Position numbers and translations under genes: made by a program. From Octopus bimaculoides (taxonomy: Eukaryota), in the NCBI RefSeq assembly GCF_001194135.2, contig NC_068994.1, forward strand, positions 31,380,840 to 31,444,839: a DNA stretch of 64,000 bases. The letters are read 5' to 3'. The notes beneath the pieces were generated by a model. The model saw only the letters and a program-made list of their open reading frames with translations, made no database searches and had not been told where the DNA came from. This document shows, piece by piece, positions 63,050 to 64,000 of the stretch. Numbering within the stretch: position 1 is the first letter of the stretch; each line of letters begins with the position of its first letter.

Positions 63050-63985
63050 TCAATCACCCCCAGGATAACAAAAGGGTCAATTAGTTCAGTTTTCTCTCTA
63101 ACTTTCCACAACTTTGAAATAGATAAGAAGAATATTATCAATCTTGGAAAAGAGAAACCAAAGCTTAAGCTGAAATTGAAAATTGAAGTGGGTAGCAAGG
63201 AATGTCATTGTTATTTTGATTGAAAGTATTATGAATAGTCTGAGTGAATGACGAGATGACCCATTCTGAACAAATTTTTCTGTTTCTCATGTTTGTTAGT
63301 TTGTCAGTATAAGAAGTGATATTGAAAACAAATATCACTTTTGAGTAATATTCAAAATGAAATCATTTAATTGTATAGCTGTTACAAGTGAAGGTGTAAT
63401 TAAGCCACTGATCGGAAAAAAAAAACCCAGCATTTATTGCTGTTATATTTGGTGAGACTACAGACTTTGAATGAAATCTTGAACTGTCACATGTTTTGCA
63501 ATTTTCTGATGAGAAGGAAAGGCTTCAAGAAAGGTTTAGGGGATCAGTCGACGTCAGTAAAGAGAGAAAAGCTGCAGCACTGACAGAAGTTGTACATTGT
63601 TATACACATTCACTTAATTTGGTACTCTCTTAATCAGTGTCAAGAGTTCATGAATGTCAAATTTTCTTCCAAACTTAAAAAAGAATTGACTTTTTTCTCA
63701 AAGTCGACTGTTTGAATAGCCCCTACTGGATGAAAGCGTTGGAAGGTGATTTCCAAAGTTATATGTAAGTTTCTTGTGTCATACTAACTACTTCAAAACG
63801 GTGCATCGTAGGGGGGGGGGGGACTATTTTCATTTTCAGATTGCCCATATCTCAAAGCATGTATAACACTACATTTTTCATGGAAAATGGGGGATGGCGA
63901 AATACACAGAAATCCCTCCACCAACCTCAGTGGGCGAGGTGGGGTGGACAGCATACCTTAATTTCCTAGTCACCCTTCGCCACTG
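63050..63985 (+). mobile_element. hAT (Tip100/ZMYM-like) transposon deletion derivative
   Basis: Residual KFFCFSCLL (TTF-like finger), GETTD, LQERF..VDVS..RKAAAL, VHCYTHSLNLVLS, and a right TIR ending ...cttcgccactg at 63985. Confidence 0.72.
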
Positions 63986-64000
63986 ATATATATATATATA

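Noticed and set aside
63505-63532. CTGATGA-GAAG...CTTC-AAGAAA hammerhead look-alike
   Set aside because: It lies in the hAT transposase frame (SDEKERLQE), GAAA is misplaced, and there is no stem I or cleavage triplet.

Overview
AT-rich, microsatellite-rich animal genomic DNA with eight N gaps. The SINE repertoire, the piggyBac-type TTAA MITEs and the clustered C2H2 genes, each with all fingers in one exon, are most consistent with an octopus (cephalopod) genome. This assignment is inferred from family recognition, not from a database search. There are three apparently intact C2H2 zinc-finger genes: 17469-18410 (+, with a probable ATG micro-exon at 14265-14291), 36149-37105 (-) and 54026-54745 (-). 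They sit among decayed mobile elements: tRNA-derived SINEs, RTE and CR1/L2-type LINE fragments, several Penelope-like element (PLE) remnants, a complete but degenerate Gypsy element (56494-61648), a solo LTR, mariner and hAT remnants, MITEs and fold-back elements. The most notable theme is a set of minimal hammerhead-ribozyme motifs. One is the tail of a tRNA-headed SINE present as a head-to-head palindrome (62285-62886). Two lie in inverted arms of a ~0.9 kb element (24953-25843). One marks the junction of a PLE with an inverted duplicate of a probable zinc-finger 5' UTR exon (55451-61795). There is also a unique, highly pairable ~640 nt segment at 5699-6340 that contains a TTAGGG-template-like motif. 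No prokaryotic features, CRISPR arrays or rRNA genes are supported. Repeat boundaries were read by eye and are approximate unless TSD/TIR coordinates are given.
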